From contig JAQGDQ010000061.1 of NCBI GenBank assembly GCA_030141605.1, forward strand, positions 607,685 to 671,684: DNA of 64,000 bases. The letters are read 5' to 3'. The notes beneath the pieces are model-generated. The model saw nothing but the letters and a program-made list of their open reading frames with translations, was not told where the DNA came from and made no database searches. A program made the position numbers and the translations under genes. This DNA is from Tubiluchus corallicola (taxonomy: Eukaryota; Animalia; Priapulida). Shown piece by piece: positions 15,001 through 27,500 of this stretch (position 1 is the first letter of the stretch; the number at the start of each line of letters is the position of its first letter).

Positions 15001-15570
15001 TTGATATACTGTGACAACTGACAAATAGGTTAAAGCGGCAGTAAGCGTACCCGTATCTCTTAGCAGAAAAATTTTGACATGTAGCAAACAAACTCGGTGA
15101 ACTACTGTAACTTAAAGGAAATGCGTAATCGCTTACGTTAATTGTTCAGTTATTTTTATACATTAGCTCAAACAGTACTTGGAACGTAATGAGAACTGAC
15201 ACGCACACGTCTGTCGCTATGACTCTGACACACACTCAACTTAAATCATTTGAACTGTCGAAAAAGTGTCAGCAAATGGCTGGCAATTTCTAATAACTTT
15301 TTTGTTCTGCTACGTTTTTTGTTGTACCTTTGGTTCACGTACAGGATATGCTTTGATGCACTTTTATCAATAAAGTAGTTCTCATTATTTATCACATTGT
15401 AATGATTTTACAGAACTGCAAGAATATGTCCCGAAATGTTGGATGACCGTGACAAACGACTTTTGTTGAATGTCTGTTGTTCAAAGACAGTAACATAAGC
15501 ACAGTACTCTAACATGCATCACATCAACCTGAATGTTTCAATGTTGAGTTTAATTTGCTTCAGGTTTAAA

Positions 15571-18047
15571 ATGGAAGATCCAGTGCTTATTATTGTGACT
15601 GAGAATATCAGTACGTCAGACCGCTGCTCGGATAGGATTGGTGACTTTGACTACGATATCGCCACATCTGTCGTCTGCACTATTTGTCTGATGTTTGGCA
15701 TAGTGTACGTTTTCTTCGGTAAGTAACAAATTCTAGTTCTAGAATCAAGCAGACGGAATAGATCAATGAAACTGCAGCAAAATAATGTGTTTGCCCGCTT
15801 TCTGAATTTCCTCAAATTTATGAGAGCCTCAGCTTCAGCACTTCATGTTCAAAACCATGGTCGGGTGATCCTTTAGGCTTTGTTAGTCTGTAACATTAAT
15901 ATAATTTTGGTAAAAGTTTTTAGTGGTTAGCTAATTCTCCTGTTTTTCCCAGGTTACCGGTGCTTCAAGGTTACCATGTTCCTTACAGGATTCATGTTTG
16001 CTTCTGTGATTATCTACGTTGCTTGTCAGGAAGAATCTCTTCTCAGTCCTCATGCTAACATTGGTGTATCGCTCGGTGCAGGTGTCCTTTTCGGACTCAT
16101 CACCATGCTCGTCTCTTACGTCGGGCTATTCATGACGGGCGTGCACTTAGGACTTCTGCTGGGACTGGTTGTTTTGGTTGTTCTCGAACAGTGGTACCAT
16201 CCAACGACGTTGTGGATGCCTTTGGGAATCCTGTTTGGCTTAGCACTCATTTTTGCGCTGGTAATACTGAAGTTTCCTAAGGGATGCACAATAATCAGTA
16301 CGAGCTTATTTGGTGGTGGCCTAGTTGCGTCTGCTGTAGACTATTTTGTGGAGAAGCTAGCCATGCTGGAGTATGTTTGGGATCGTCTACGTGTAGTCGA
16401 GAGCGATGCTCCTTGTTGGTATAGCTGGTTGATAATGGCCGTGTGGCCTTTTATGTTGTTAGTTGGACTGTTCGTACAATGGAGGATTACAGGCAGGGAT
16501 TATGATCACAGAGAAGGTGAGTTCATATCTTTTTTAGAACGATTCAGAATCCTGCTAGCCGGATTCCCGCATTCACAGCCAGTTCTTCCTCACATTGGAG
16601 GGTAATAGAGACTGGGACGTGAGCTCATTATCAAGGCTGTGCCTCTAGGATGAGCCACTGAACCAGTAATAGCATTTCAGCCACGTTATCTTAAGATGTG
16701 TACAATACATTTCCCTGTACAACCTTGTATGCTAAAGTAATGGTAGATTATAAAGTTCAATTTAAGATTCTTTATTAACTGTGACCCGCCATTGCACTTT
16801 GTGTTTTTATAGCCTACACCTTGTTTTTACGTGACTAAAGTTATCACTTTAAGAAAGTTAGTGCCATCATTTCTTAAATGCTCAAATATCAAATTTTGTA
16901 TCTTGGAGCATTTGGACACCATCTTTATGTATGATGTGTTAAAGGCAGAATACTGGTATACATTTTAATTATTTTGTTTTAGTACCTTGATCCAGATAAT
17001 GTGAAGCTGTGAATCAAATTCTGACTAAATTTATTACAATTTACAATATACCTGTAAAACTTTTATATTTTTTGTGCATACTGTAGATCAATTTGAATTT
17101 CAGAAAGTTTCAGCCAATGTTAAGCCAAATAGATGATCAGAACAGGGGAATAATTTGCTTTACTTTCAGAAAAATAATAAATTGCATATTCGTGATGTCG
17201 TGCCTATTCACTCACTATATTTTGTTTTAGCTCTTCATTTGAGAGGACATAAACGTCTAAACCTAAAACGAGTCCGTGATAAAACGGACAAATCAAGTGA
17301 GAACCAGAGGGCGTACCGATACTACTACCATGTGCGTCGTGCCAATGGCGATGTAATCGCTAAGGTTGGTTAAAAACATCAACGGTGTTCTCTATTAAAG
17401 TAATATTGTGAATAATTTAACGACAGATTCGTGTATACATTATTGAATAATTAAATGACTACTGCTACCTTGTGCCACTGCTAATATGAAGCAAACTGTC
17501 CCAGTCATTGCGACAGGACTTTCAGAGTGTTTAATAAAAATCTAGGAACATGGGTAGCACCAGGATCAGCTGGTCAGAGAAATTGGCTTGTACCAGCCCG
17601 TACATAAATTTGAATTGAATCAATCAAACCAGTGGTGGTGCACTTTCGGTTTCAGAACTTAAAAACTTCAGTTAGAGTGTCTGAAGGAAAAGTGGCACCT
17701 TTTCTGTATTTCGGGTATTTTGGGTGACACTAAACATCTAATAATATATTGAGATGCATAATTTAAAATTAATTTATAACTTTGACGGTAAATATTAATC
17801 ACAAAATACGTGGAAAGTGGCTGTAAATTTTCTACAATTTCCAATGACTACTTAAGAATGAATTTTTACCATTCATATATTTATACAATATTATTTTTTA
17901 TATTTTCAGAGCTATATTAACACATGGAAGAATTCACCACAATCTACCCTCCAGTCAGATGCTCCTTCGGAGCAGACGCCAACATCAAACATTACGCTGC
18001 TGAACCCCTCGGACAGCACAAACACTACCATGACCCAAGTACAATGA
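15571..18047 (+). CDS. TMEM198: Transmembrane protein 198, 4 coding exons
   Basis: Exons 15571-15718, 15953-16516, 17231-17364, 17910-18047, all GT-AG with phases 1,1,0. Joined protein has FFGYRCFKVTMFLTGF, PCWYSW, VQWRITG and YHVRRANGDVIAK-SYI, typical of TMEM198. An acceptor AG at 15562-15563 implies upstream non-coding exon(s). Confidence 0.93.
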
Positions 18048-18358
18048 TTCAGTGCAGTATTGACGTTCAAAATGTCATATTCCTTCATGATGATGAGAAT
18101 AAAGTGTCATTGAGGTAGATGCTGGAAAACGTCTTCGGATGACAATATTTTTACGATGTCTTAAGATATTTTTGTTCCAAAAAACTGGATATTTTTATTC
18201 TGGACAAAAAGATGTTGTGTTGTATGCATGTATTCAGTTCTGAAATAACTTGTTTTACACTAGAGCTAGTAGATTTGTCTGTCTGCTACTAGTCTGTTGC
18301 CAACTTGGTTGAGATTTTTAATATTTGCTCAAGGAAGTTTTTGAGGAGCATGTCAGTC

Positions 18359-18454
18359 GGCCCACACGCACGCGCATTTTTAATCAGTTAATTAATAGTT
18401 GCAAACCAGTGCATTTTCTTACAACGCGATTAAAAATTGCACGTGTGCAGAGCC
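18359..18454. mobile_element. Short hairpin-forming MITE relic (Harbinger-like ends) in the TMEM198 3' UTR
   Basis: Left arm ggccc..cgcacgcgcatttttaatc versus right arm reverse complement ggctctgcacacgtgcaatttttaatc. TTA follows the right end; no left TSD is seen. Confidence 0.45.
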
Positions 18455-19255
18455 TTAGTGGGGAGACTGGGGAGTATATTTGCAACAAGTGCTGCCACCA
18501 TGTATTAAATGTCATAACCAAATCTCAACACTGCCAATTTTTCTTGTATCATTGTTGTTAATTCTGAATAACATGCATAATCGTCTTCTCTGGCATCATA
18601 CTGACCATTGTGGGTGTGAGAAAGCTGCTTATTTTCTTAGATCACAGATCTCTACTTTGACAACAGTGCTACAGACACGGCATTATTCTAAATGTAAATA
18701 AATGCCGGTCGTCGCTGGGAAAAATTACCCTCATTGTTTTGTATTGATGTGTTATTAAATTCACGTCAAGAAATTCCACTTATGTGTGAGAATGCAATTG
18801 CTATTTAGTTATTTCCTGTTTTTAATTGTGTAACTGCGTCAACATACTGAGCTGTGTGACGTACTTGCCATTTTTTATTACGTTATTCGTCTGCAATTTC
18901 CGCAACAACGTTATAATTATTATTATGCGTCAAATACTGCAGTTCCTGTTGTATAAATATACGTATGTTTTTGTAGATAATTATTGTAAATAGAACTTCT
19001 TGTTATGTTCTGAAAGATTAACTATTACTTGGCAAATCACTTCTGAATGGCTGCGTTTGTTGTGTCGTACATTTCTAGATTTATTTCATACACTGCTACT
19101 AACCAGTCATATCTCAAAGAGCATGATCATTCAACAGACCAGTTTTGTTTACTCTTATTATAATTTGTATAAGCGCGTGACCCGGCAAATGCCGTTTTTC
19201 AGTAGTAATTTTAAGTTTTTAACAAAAAAAACTAAATTTAAAAATTGTTCTAAAG

Positions 19256-19261
19256 AATAAA
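19256..19261 (+). terminator. Candidate polyadenylation signal of TMEM198 (second AATAAA at 19440-19445)
   Basis: AATAAA downstream of the stop, near where the T-rich plus-strand skew fades. Confidence 0.4.
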
Positions 19262-20755
19262 ACTATAACTGATCTTTCAGTGTGTGTGACATTCAGTGCC
19301 ATGTAAATACATATACGTATATTAGAGAGACAATTTTTATCACTGCTGTGCATAATATACCTATTGTTTTAATACAATTTAAAAGCATTCAAGCATCTTT
19401 TTACTTGTACAAATGTATAAACGTGTTAAATTTTAAGAAAATAAAATACACAATTATATCAGTTTTATGATGCGTTTGCATACTCATTTTTTTATAAGTT
19501 TAACTTGTATGAGGTCTATCTACATCTCGCAAGCACATGTTCATGATATGATTTTCACTTCTCTTACCACTTCTGCATTTTGCTCTTGATAGTGCCCCTT
19601 ACTGATTGCTCAAAATCAATGAGCTTGTCCTGCCACAAATAAAAGATACGGGTCACAAAATTTGAGTGCCTAGTTATGAAATTTGCCGTAAAATGTAAGC
19701 AACAAGCACTTCCTTTACTGTAATGAATAGTTGCTAATTCTGTTATGCAGTTCTGTCTTGCAGTTGTTCGAGTCTAAACATAAGTCAGCTCACAGTTTGC
19801 ACAGAAATGTAGAAATTTTCAACTAGCTCAATGCATATACCCAAAAGATGTTCTGTAGGAAAGTTACGACATTTCAAAATTGTTTGTCCACCAATCAATT
19901 CAGCAGATGGACAACAGGAACGCACCAATTAAAAGTCGCAAGACAGGCTCAACCTATCGGTGACACTTTCACAGTGAGTAACATAAGCAAATTATTGCCT
20001 TTTGTAAACAGAAACTAAATATTTACTTGGCTTATATATAATTGAATACACTCCAGGAGATGGTTTAGGTCGAGCAAATATTGGTATACCCAAATTTTGA
20101 TGGAATCCGACAGAGGCTAATTTTGACCACTGGGTATTACGCATAGGTGAGCTAGCCGAAAATGGGAATAGAACCGATTAACTTGTCAATGAAAGCCTAT
20201 CTCTGGCTTAAATCTCCACCAGCAGCACTGCCATAGTGGTTAGAAGCAGTTTAACATAACGATGTTTTCACACAATTTTACTTATGATAATGTTGAAGAT
20301 AGTTCTCAGCAAAAGAAAACTATGCAAAAACCCGTATGTTAATTCTTTAAATAGTTCAAGAAAGTATTTGCATATGCTTAGCACTGGTCAATTTTCATCA
20401 CTTGTGCCTTTGTGACTGACTTCTGCTTAATGGGAATAGAGAAATCAGGCACAATTTAATATGCTAAACTAAAGCTTACTACAAGTATGTTTATAAGCAA
20501 TAAAAAGATTAGTGTTTGTCTAATCTTTACTGTCTAAACACCAGACGGTTTAACCTTAATTTTTAAAAATGATTTAAAAAATCTCCAGTTCAATTATCTA
20601 AACAATCAAGATGCTGTAGTCATAAATTACCTCTCACCATGTTAAATTTTTCCAGAATTCACGTTCACTTTGTTCACTAGAATAGAAATGTGACGTGCAA
20701 ACTACAGCATACATTACGTTCAAGAAATCAGTTTAAAAATTATAATTAATCACTT

Positions 20756-20761
20756 TTTATT
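20756..20761 (-). terminator. Candidate polyadenylation signal of CCDC47
   Basis: TTTATT on plus (AATAAA on minus), ~820 nt after the CCDC47 stop. Confidence 0.4.
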
Positions 20762-21581
20762 GTAATTAATTTACATAATCATAAATACTATCGTTCTGAG
20801 GATTCTGGCTTGTTTAAGAATTAAAACATAATTATACTACATTAGGTAACAACATCGAAATCAGAATTAGAGAGTAAAAAAATTTGTTAAACAATTAATC
20901 ACTAAAATCTCTATTTCATACTACAACATAACATACAAAATCTGCAGAGAGTGGAGCGGTCACAGTTAACAGGTACGCAGGGCAGCTTAATTATTGCATA
21001 GCTTCTGAGTTCATAAAAAGTAGCAAGTTAAAAATTACATCTCGAGTATTAAATTTTTTACAACAATATGTTAATTTTCTTTGTTAAACTCCAAAAATGT
21101 TATTACCAAAGTACTGCAAAAAATAGCTAAAGGGCTATGCAGAGAACTCACAAATAAATTTACATTACAATCGGATGCGTCATAAAATATTTTCACCTAA
21201 ACCTTTATACTTCTGACAAAGCGTGACAAAAAATATAGTTTACATTATGAAACAATATAAAAATGAAATAAATACAGCCAGAGCTTGATCTAATGATGAC
21301 AATACCTCTATGTTATCCGAAAAAATCAATAGAAATTGGAGCACAATTCATCTGCATTACGGTGAAATAGCTGAACCAAATGTAAAGCAAAATAAATATA
21401 GGTCCAGGATGATATATGATTCACATTAGTCGGTGGAAAGCTCTACAGCACAAATTCACTATCATTTGCATGAATATTTCTCATAGGAGGTTGAAAACCC
21501 TGATCTTCCTACGTACAGAAATGCATTAAATTATGTCACCGACGTAATTCTGTCTAAAAACAACTCAGTCGATAAATTGAT

Positions 21582-24500
21582 TTACTGGCGCACCTGAAAG
21601 ACAAAGAAGAAAATCAGCATAAAATTAACAAGGAGCAAATAATCATTATTTTGCTTGTAATAAACAAGCATTTTTGCCTATTAATTTAATCTACTTATGA
21701 TAAAATATAGGAGTCTTCCTGAGCAACTTACATATTTGAGCATCATTCTCTGCTAACACTTTGCACATATTTTCACATTTTAAATCAATACAAATATTAT
21801 ACTTCACACTATTTGAAAAGGCGTTTTAAGCAGTAAGTGATTCCTAATTTGTCTTTGTCAACTGATACTTAATTACACTAGTATCGGGCAAAGTGACATT
21901 ATTTTAAGTGCGATATTAAATAATAGTTGTTACATTAAAAGCTAATCAGCAGTACTATGTGGATAAAGATCAGCCCATTTCTAAAAGATCACATTATAAT
22001 GACATCCATTAATTTAACCCTTGCCTACTAGAACCTCATGCACATGTCAACACCTGACATTGTACTAAAATGTATACGAGTGCTGCTGTACCATTTGTGT
22101 TGTGTATTTTACTCCAGTGCCCGCCCTGCCAGAGTTGCACTTACTGCATTAATGTCCAGATGGAAGAAATTACAAGAAAATATCAGAAGTCCTGCCCAGT
22201 CACATTGTAATGTATTATGTATAAAGCACACTAAGCTAATATTGAAAAAATCGTCAGAAATCCTGCTTAATCACCTTGTAATGCATTATGTAATAAAGCA
22301 TGTTACGCTAATATAAGTTTTTTTTGACAAAAACACTAAAATGTTTCGGTCCATTTGTTCGCTTTCTTATATTTTAAACAAAAAATTGGTACAACATTGT
22401 GTTCCAATTAATGCTGTATATAATTAACAAATGAAATGCCCATTTTAGCAAACATTAAAACACAATACATGCACCAACACAAGAGAACAGATCAAAACAA
22501 AATCACGAATTTTTGCAGTCAAGCACCGATAAGCAAGGGTTAACAAAAAATGCTGTTACCCACCTTCATCTGTTTGACTTTTGGCTGCTTTTTCTTCATT
22601 TCTCGGCGATGCTCACGCTCCTGGAAAAGAAAAAGTTGATCATGTAACACAAAAAGTTAGTTAGTTTGAAATAAAATGGTAGACTAGGAACATTTCATGG
22701 AGTTTCTTTCTGTTTCAATGCACAGTGAAGAAGTCTGAGGAACATTACTGAATTTAATAACTGCTCATATACAATGATGCCAGCTTTTATTCAAACGGCA
22801 AGTCAATCAAAGTCACTTGACCATTAAGGCCAAACAATTTGTTCATTTTTTGTAAAACTTGGAATACCTCTCATCAAAACTGTAGAATTTAAGGACATGA
22901 AGTGTGATTTTATAATGTAGTACAATCAGGACTGAATTATCCTATAGGCTAGTACAGACTGCAGCCGTGGGCCCCTCAAGCTTGGAGGGGGGCATACTTT
23001 GCATTGCTGAATAATTCATATAATTAAATAAAATTTGCAACTTTGAAACGAGGCCAGGAAGTCTAAAAATCCAATTTTAAAGAGGTTACTCATTTGAGTG
23101 TGTTAATGACCGTATGATCGTACACTCACCTCGCACTACTTAAATTATTTTATTTAAAGTTTATTACAGTGGACTCTCGTTATAAGAATCACCTCGGGAG
23201 AAGGCAAAGTGATTCTTATAACGAGCATGACCCAGAATTGCTTTAACAATTTTTTATGCACATAAAAATTATTTATTTCCCGAAATTACGCTAGAAACGA
23301 CATGAAACAGCATAATGTTTTTCTAGCCTAAAAAGGACCTAAAAATTCCTAGACTAATGTTTTTATTTCATGGTTGGGTAAATATTTCATGATGCCAGAA
23401 TTGCCTTAAAATTTTTTAATTCTCATGTGCATGTGCATTTCAACTGACTGACACGCAAACAAACAAATTTGAAATCTCTGTGGTGTCCGCCACGCCCACT
23501 GCGCAGAACCATGTAAGCAGGGCGTGAGAGACAATGGAGTTGGCGCCAAAATTGATTCTACTATCGAAAGAAGGGTGATTCTTATACGAGCGGATTTTCA
23601 CTAGGAAAATGCCGATTCAATTCGGGAAACGCGATTTTGATTCTTATATCGAGCTGATTCTTATACGTGTGATTCTTGTAAGGAGAGTCCACTGTAATGT
23701 GTATGATATTGTATTTTTTGATGTGTGACATAAAATTCATAGTTCATAGTTGAGAAAAAGGTTTGAGGCCTTTTATTTAAGACAAAGGGTACCTGTTTGG
23801 TGCCTAGTTGAGATAAGGGCCCCCCTCTTAAAAGCCCTTTTTTTGAAAAGTGGGGCTCCAACAATGAAATTGTTACTAAAATATATCACAAGTAAAGAGG
23901 TGCCCGCATCATTTCATTAACCTAATGACTCAAAGACATAATCAGGCCCTGACTGCACAATAGTATAATCACCATGCCCGAGAGACTGCTCAAGTAAACC
24001 TTTGGGTAAAAAATTCATAAAAAAGCCTGCCAATCACATATGGGAAAGAACCATTATAATCTTATAAATTTAGTGAATTCTTCTAAAATTATTTCTGAAA
24101 TGCAAGAGCAGTCAAATATCCAGACAGCTTGCTTGGAGGATCAATTGTAGAATCGACTTGCAATACGGAAAACGCAAAAATACCACGCACCTCCATTTTA
24201 CGTTGCTTATCGGGATCGTCTTCTGCAAGTATCTTCTCCTTTTCTGCCCGTCGTTTGTCCTCACGACGCTGCTGGGCAAGTTCCTGGCGCTGGGTGTGTT
24301 GCTGCTTTACGTAGCTTTCTTCGATCTTCTGACGATTCTTATCTGCCTTCACTTTGGCCTAAATTTAACGGTGGATTCTTAGGAGGGAGAAACATGTAGT
24401 CACAAAGTACTCAAACATAGTGAACACAATAAGTTAATAGCATAAAAACATCACATTCAGAAAAGGGCACGTGTGAATATGCTGCTGTAGATGGATGAAT

Positions 24501-27500
24501 TAGATACTTGCTACTTGTTGCAAACAGTCAAATCATAAAAAATTAGGAGGACAAAATATTTACACCTAGATACAAGGACTTGTTTAAGAAAACAGTGGTT
24601 ACAGATTTCCATTTTTTACTTGGGTTCACACTATACATTCCAGTTCATATGCAGAAATGACAAACTATGACTCATTAACGTTTGTAAAAATACCAAGACC
24701 TAAAAGTTAAAAGAAACATTGCAGCTGAAAAAGTTGTTTAAAGTACTTTCCAAATGTTCACATGTTTAAGTAAATGTTCTGAATAAATTTATTAAAATAT
24801 TGTCGTCATCAACTTGTCTAAATGTGCATTAATTACACATTGTATTAGGTTTAACTAATTTCAGCCTACCTCTTTTGGTAATCTATAACGTTTGACTCTT
24901 TCAATGCAGTGGAACACAAGTTGCATAAGAGGTTTCATTGCCTGTATACCTTCAGGGGTAGCATAGCCTTGTCCAGGAACTGAAAAAGTAATTTACACTT
25001 TACATGATATTACATGTGGGATTTTTAATTTTATCATTCTGGTTCAAGAAACTTGTACATCATAACATTATGTAACTTATGCCTACTAAACAGCAAAAGG
25101 AAATACAGAGCTAAACAACATGTTACCCTTAAGTACAGGTAATTATTTACTATTTTTCCCTATATATAGTATGAAAAATGAAATGCCCTTACCATTGAAG
25201 ACGAAAATCAATACTTTTGACCGTTTTGGTACTTCATTCTGCTGCTGGTCATCCTGCTGCTTGGGGCCAGAGTATTGATCCGAAAAGTGAATATAATCAA
25301 CAAGGTCCGTCATATTTTTCAGTACGTACAACAACTACAAATACAAATCGATGGATGGGGACCAATATGTAATATAAAGCAATATTAGCATTTCAATAAA
25401 GTGCCATCACTGTGTATTGTGTACACAGCAGAAGTTATGAAAAGAATCATGACATTGCGTCTATAGTTTCAACCACACACCACCGGAAACCATACTGCAC
25501 AAATATAAAGCAGTTCGTCTCTAATGTAGTTGCCCAAGTCATTGCAATTAATCCTCGAGTAAAATCAAAAGTCACTGAATCTCAAATCACCGTTAATTAC
25601 CTCTACACCACACTTCTCACCTAGTGCTTTTTTGGTGCGCAGCAGAAATACTCATAGCATGCCACTGGAGCCTGGCCCATTAAAAAAGATATCCCTAAAA
25701 TGAGCACAGAACCCGGCAAAAGTGTCCGAGTCACTTGGCTTGGATGCATAAACATCCTCTTCCTCTAAGGTCAAAGCCAAGGTTTACAAACGATGTGGGT
25801 ACCATATCGTTTACAAGTGAGTATCAAACATAGGTCTACTCAACTCGCACGAAAAGTGGAAACGATAGCTCTCAGGCAAGGACCCACCATGATGGCTTAT
25901 TACGCACCTTTCCATCGAGCATGGCAGTAGTAGCATCACCAATTTCACTAAGTAGAGAAAGCTTCGTTAAACTTGCTAATCCTTTGTCAGCCATCTTCTT
26001 TTCAGTACAAAAACTACTCTGCAATTTAATCGAAATACATTTGCATTTATAGTTATGTAAAGAAGCGGAATTCAGCGAGACAAAAGCTAATCATGCAACA
26101 TGTATTTTTATTCAAGGTGGAAACCTAGTGTATTTATAGACAATGTGAATGGAATGTGATTAAAAATCACAAAAAGTATGCCAAACGACAGCCTTGAATT
26201 TATTTCTAGTGCTGTTTACCATTTTTTATATCAGCCCGACCTCAGTGGATTTCTTTAAATGTATGTGATTCTTAAACTTAGAGTATGTTTACTTTTGAAA
26301 ATACAAAACTATGGTCAGTAAAAGTAAGCAAACGTTTAAATTTCTATGTGCAGTTACATTATAATGTATTTATAAATCTTATCCACATTCTTTATAAAGT
26401 AACCAAAAACTCAACAGGTAAGAATAAAATACTTGCTAATTTTAGCATTGAGAATCTAATAAGGCCACTTACTAATCATACATTTATCAATTAAAAATTA
26501 GTACTAGTAGAATTTTTTATACTTTTCTCAACTATATGAAAAAGCTTTAGCATCAGGCAAAAACATACGATCCAATAGATTATCAAAATTAAGCGATATC
26601 TTAATGCTCAACAAAACTAACGTCAATGGTCTGTTTAATCAAAATGTTAAATGTTACAGTAAAAAAATATAACTGAAAATCATTGCTTACTAAATCAGCT
26701 AAATCTTTGTGAATCTTTGATATCGTTTTTTTCTGCCCAACTGCAAATACGAATGTGTCCATATCTTCTGAATTCATTGATACTTTTATTGACTGCAAAG
26801 TACAGATTACATACATCTAGTTAACTATGTAATCGAGATACAAATAAAGCTCGTTAGCTACCTCAATAAAAATCGAACCGGGTAATAAAACATCTATTAC
26901 TTTGTCAATTTTTTCTTATGCAAATGGCAATAAATTTACAATGAATTTATACAGTTATCATTCTGGTAAAATGCCAACAATGTGGCTATGACACACAATT
27001 ATTTACTGCATCTTGGTAATTTTATTTAAATGGATGTTGCATTTACGTACACGTACTGTACAGTTTACAATAACTATAGACACCCGGGTGCCGGCAGGCG
27101 GACGCACTGATGCACGTGCATCCACAGAATTGCTTAAGAAATTTTTTTATGGCTAAATGATTTTTAGCAGTAAACCAAGACACGCACCAACCCCTTGTTT
27201 GTTTGCCCAATCCCCGAGCAGTAAGCTGATTTGCAATAGTGAAGTCATGCTTATGTATGTCACTTACATAGTGTCAATTTTCTTATCGATTTCTGTTGTC
27301 TAGACACTTTTTAACTAACTGTAACTGCACTTTTGCATATGGGGGTGGGCCCAAGAAACCTGCCCCCCCCCCTTTCACAATAGTAGTGAAATTATGAGTC
27401 AGGAGTTTGAGGTGACATAACGAGTTTTAACCAATTGAACTTGCCTGAGGAAATAGCTTCTAGTGACTGCAAAATGGTCTAAAATGCTGTAAAATGCATG

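Noticed and set aside
17924-18118. 64-aa ORF as the last TMEM198 exon
   Set aside because: Wrong frame; the phase-0 splice at 17910 gives SYINTW...VQ* ending at 18047.
25706-25717. ACAGAACCCGGC, matching the 3' P4 strand of bacterial RNase P RNA
   Set aside because: No matching GAAAGTCC 5' strand upstream, animal context, antisense to the host gene; treated as chance.
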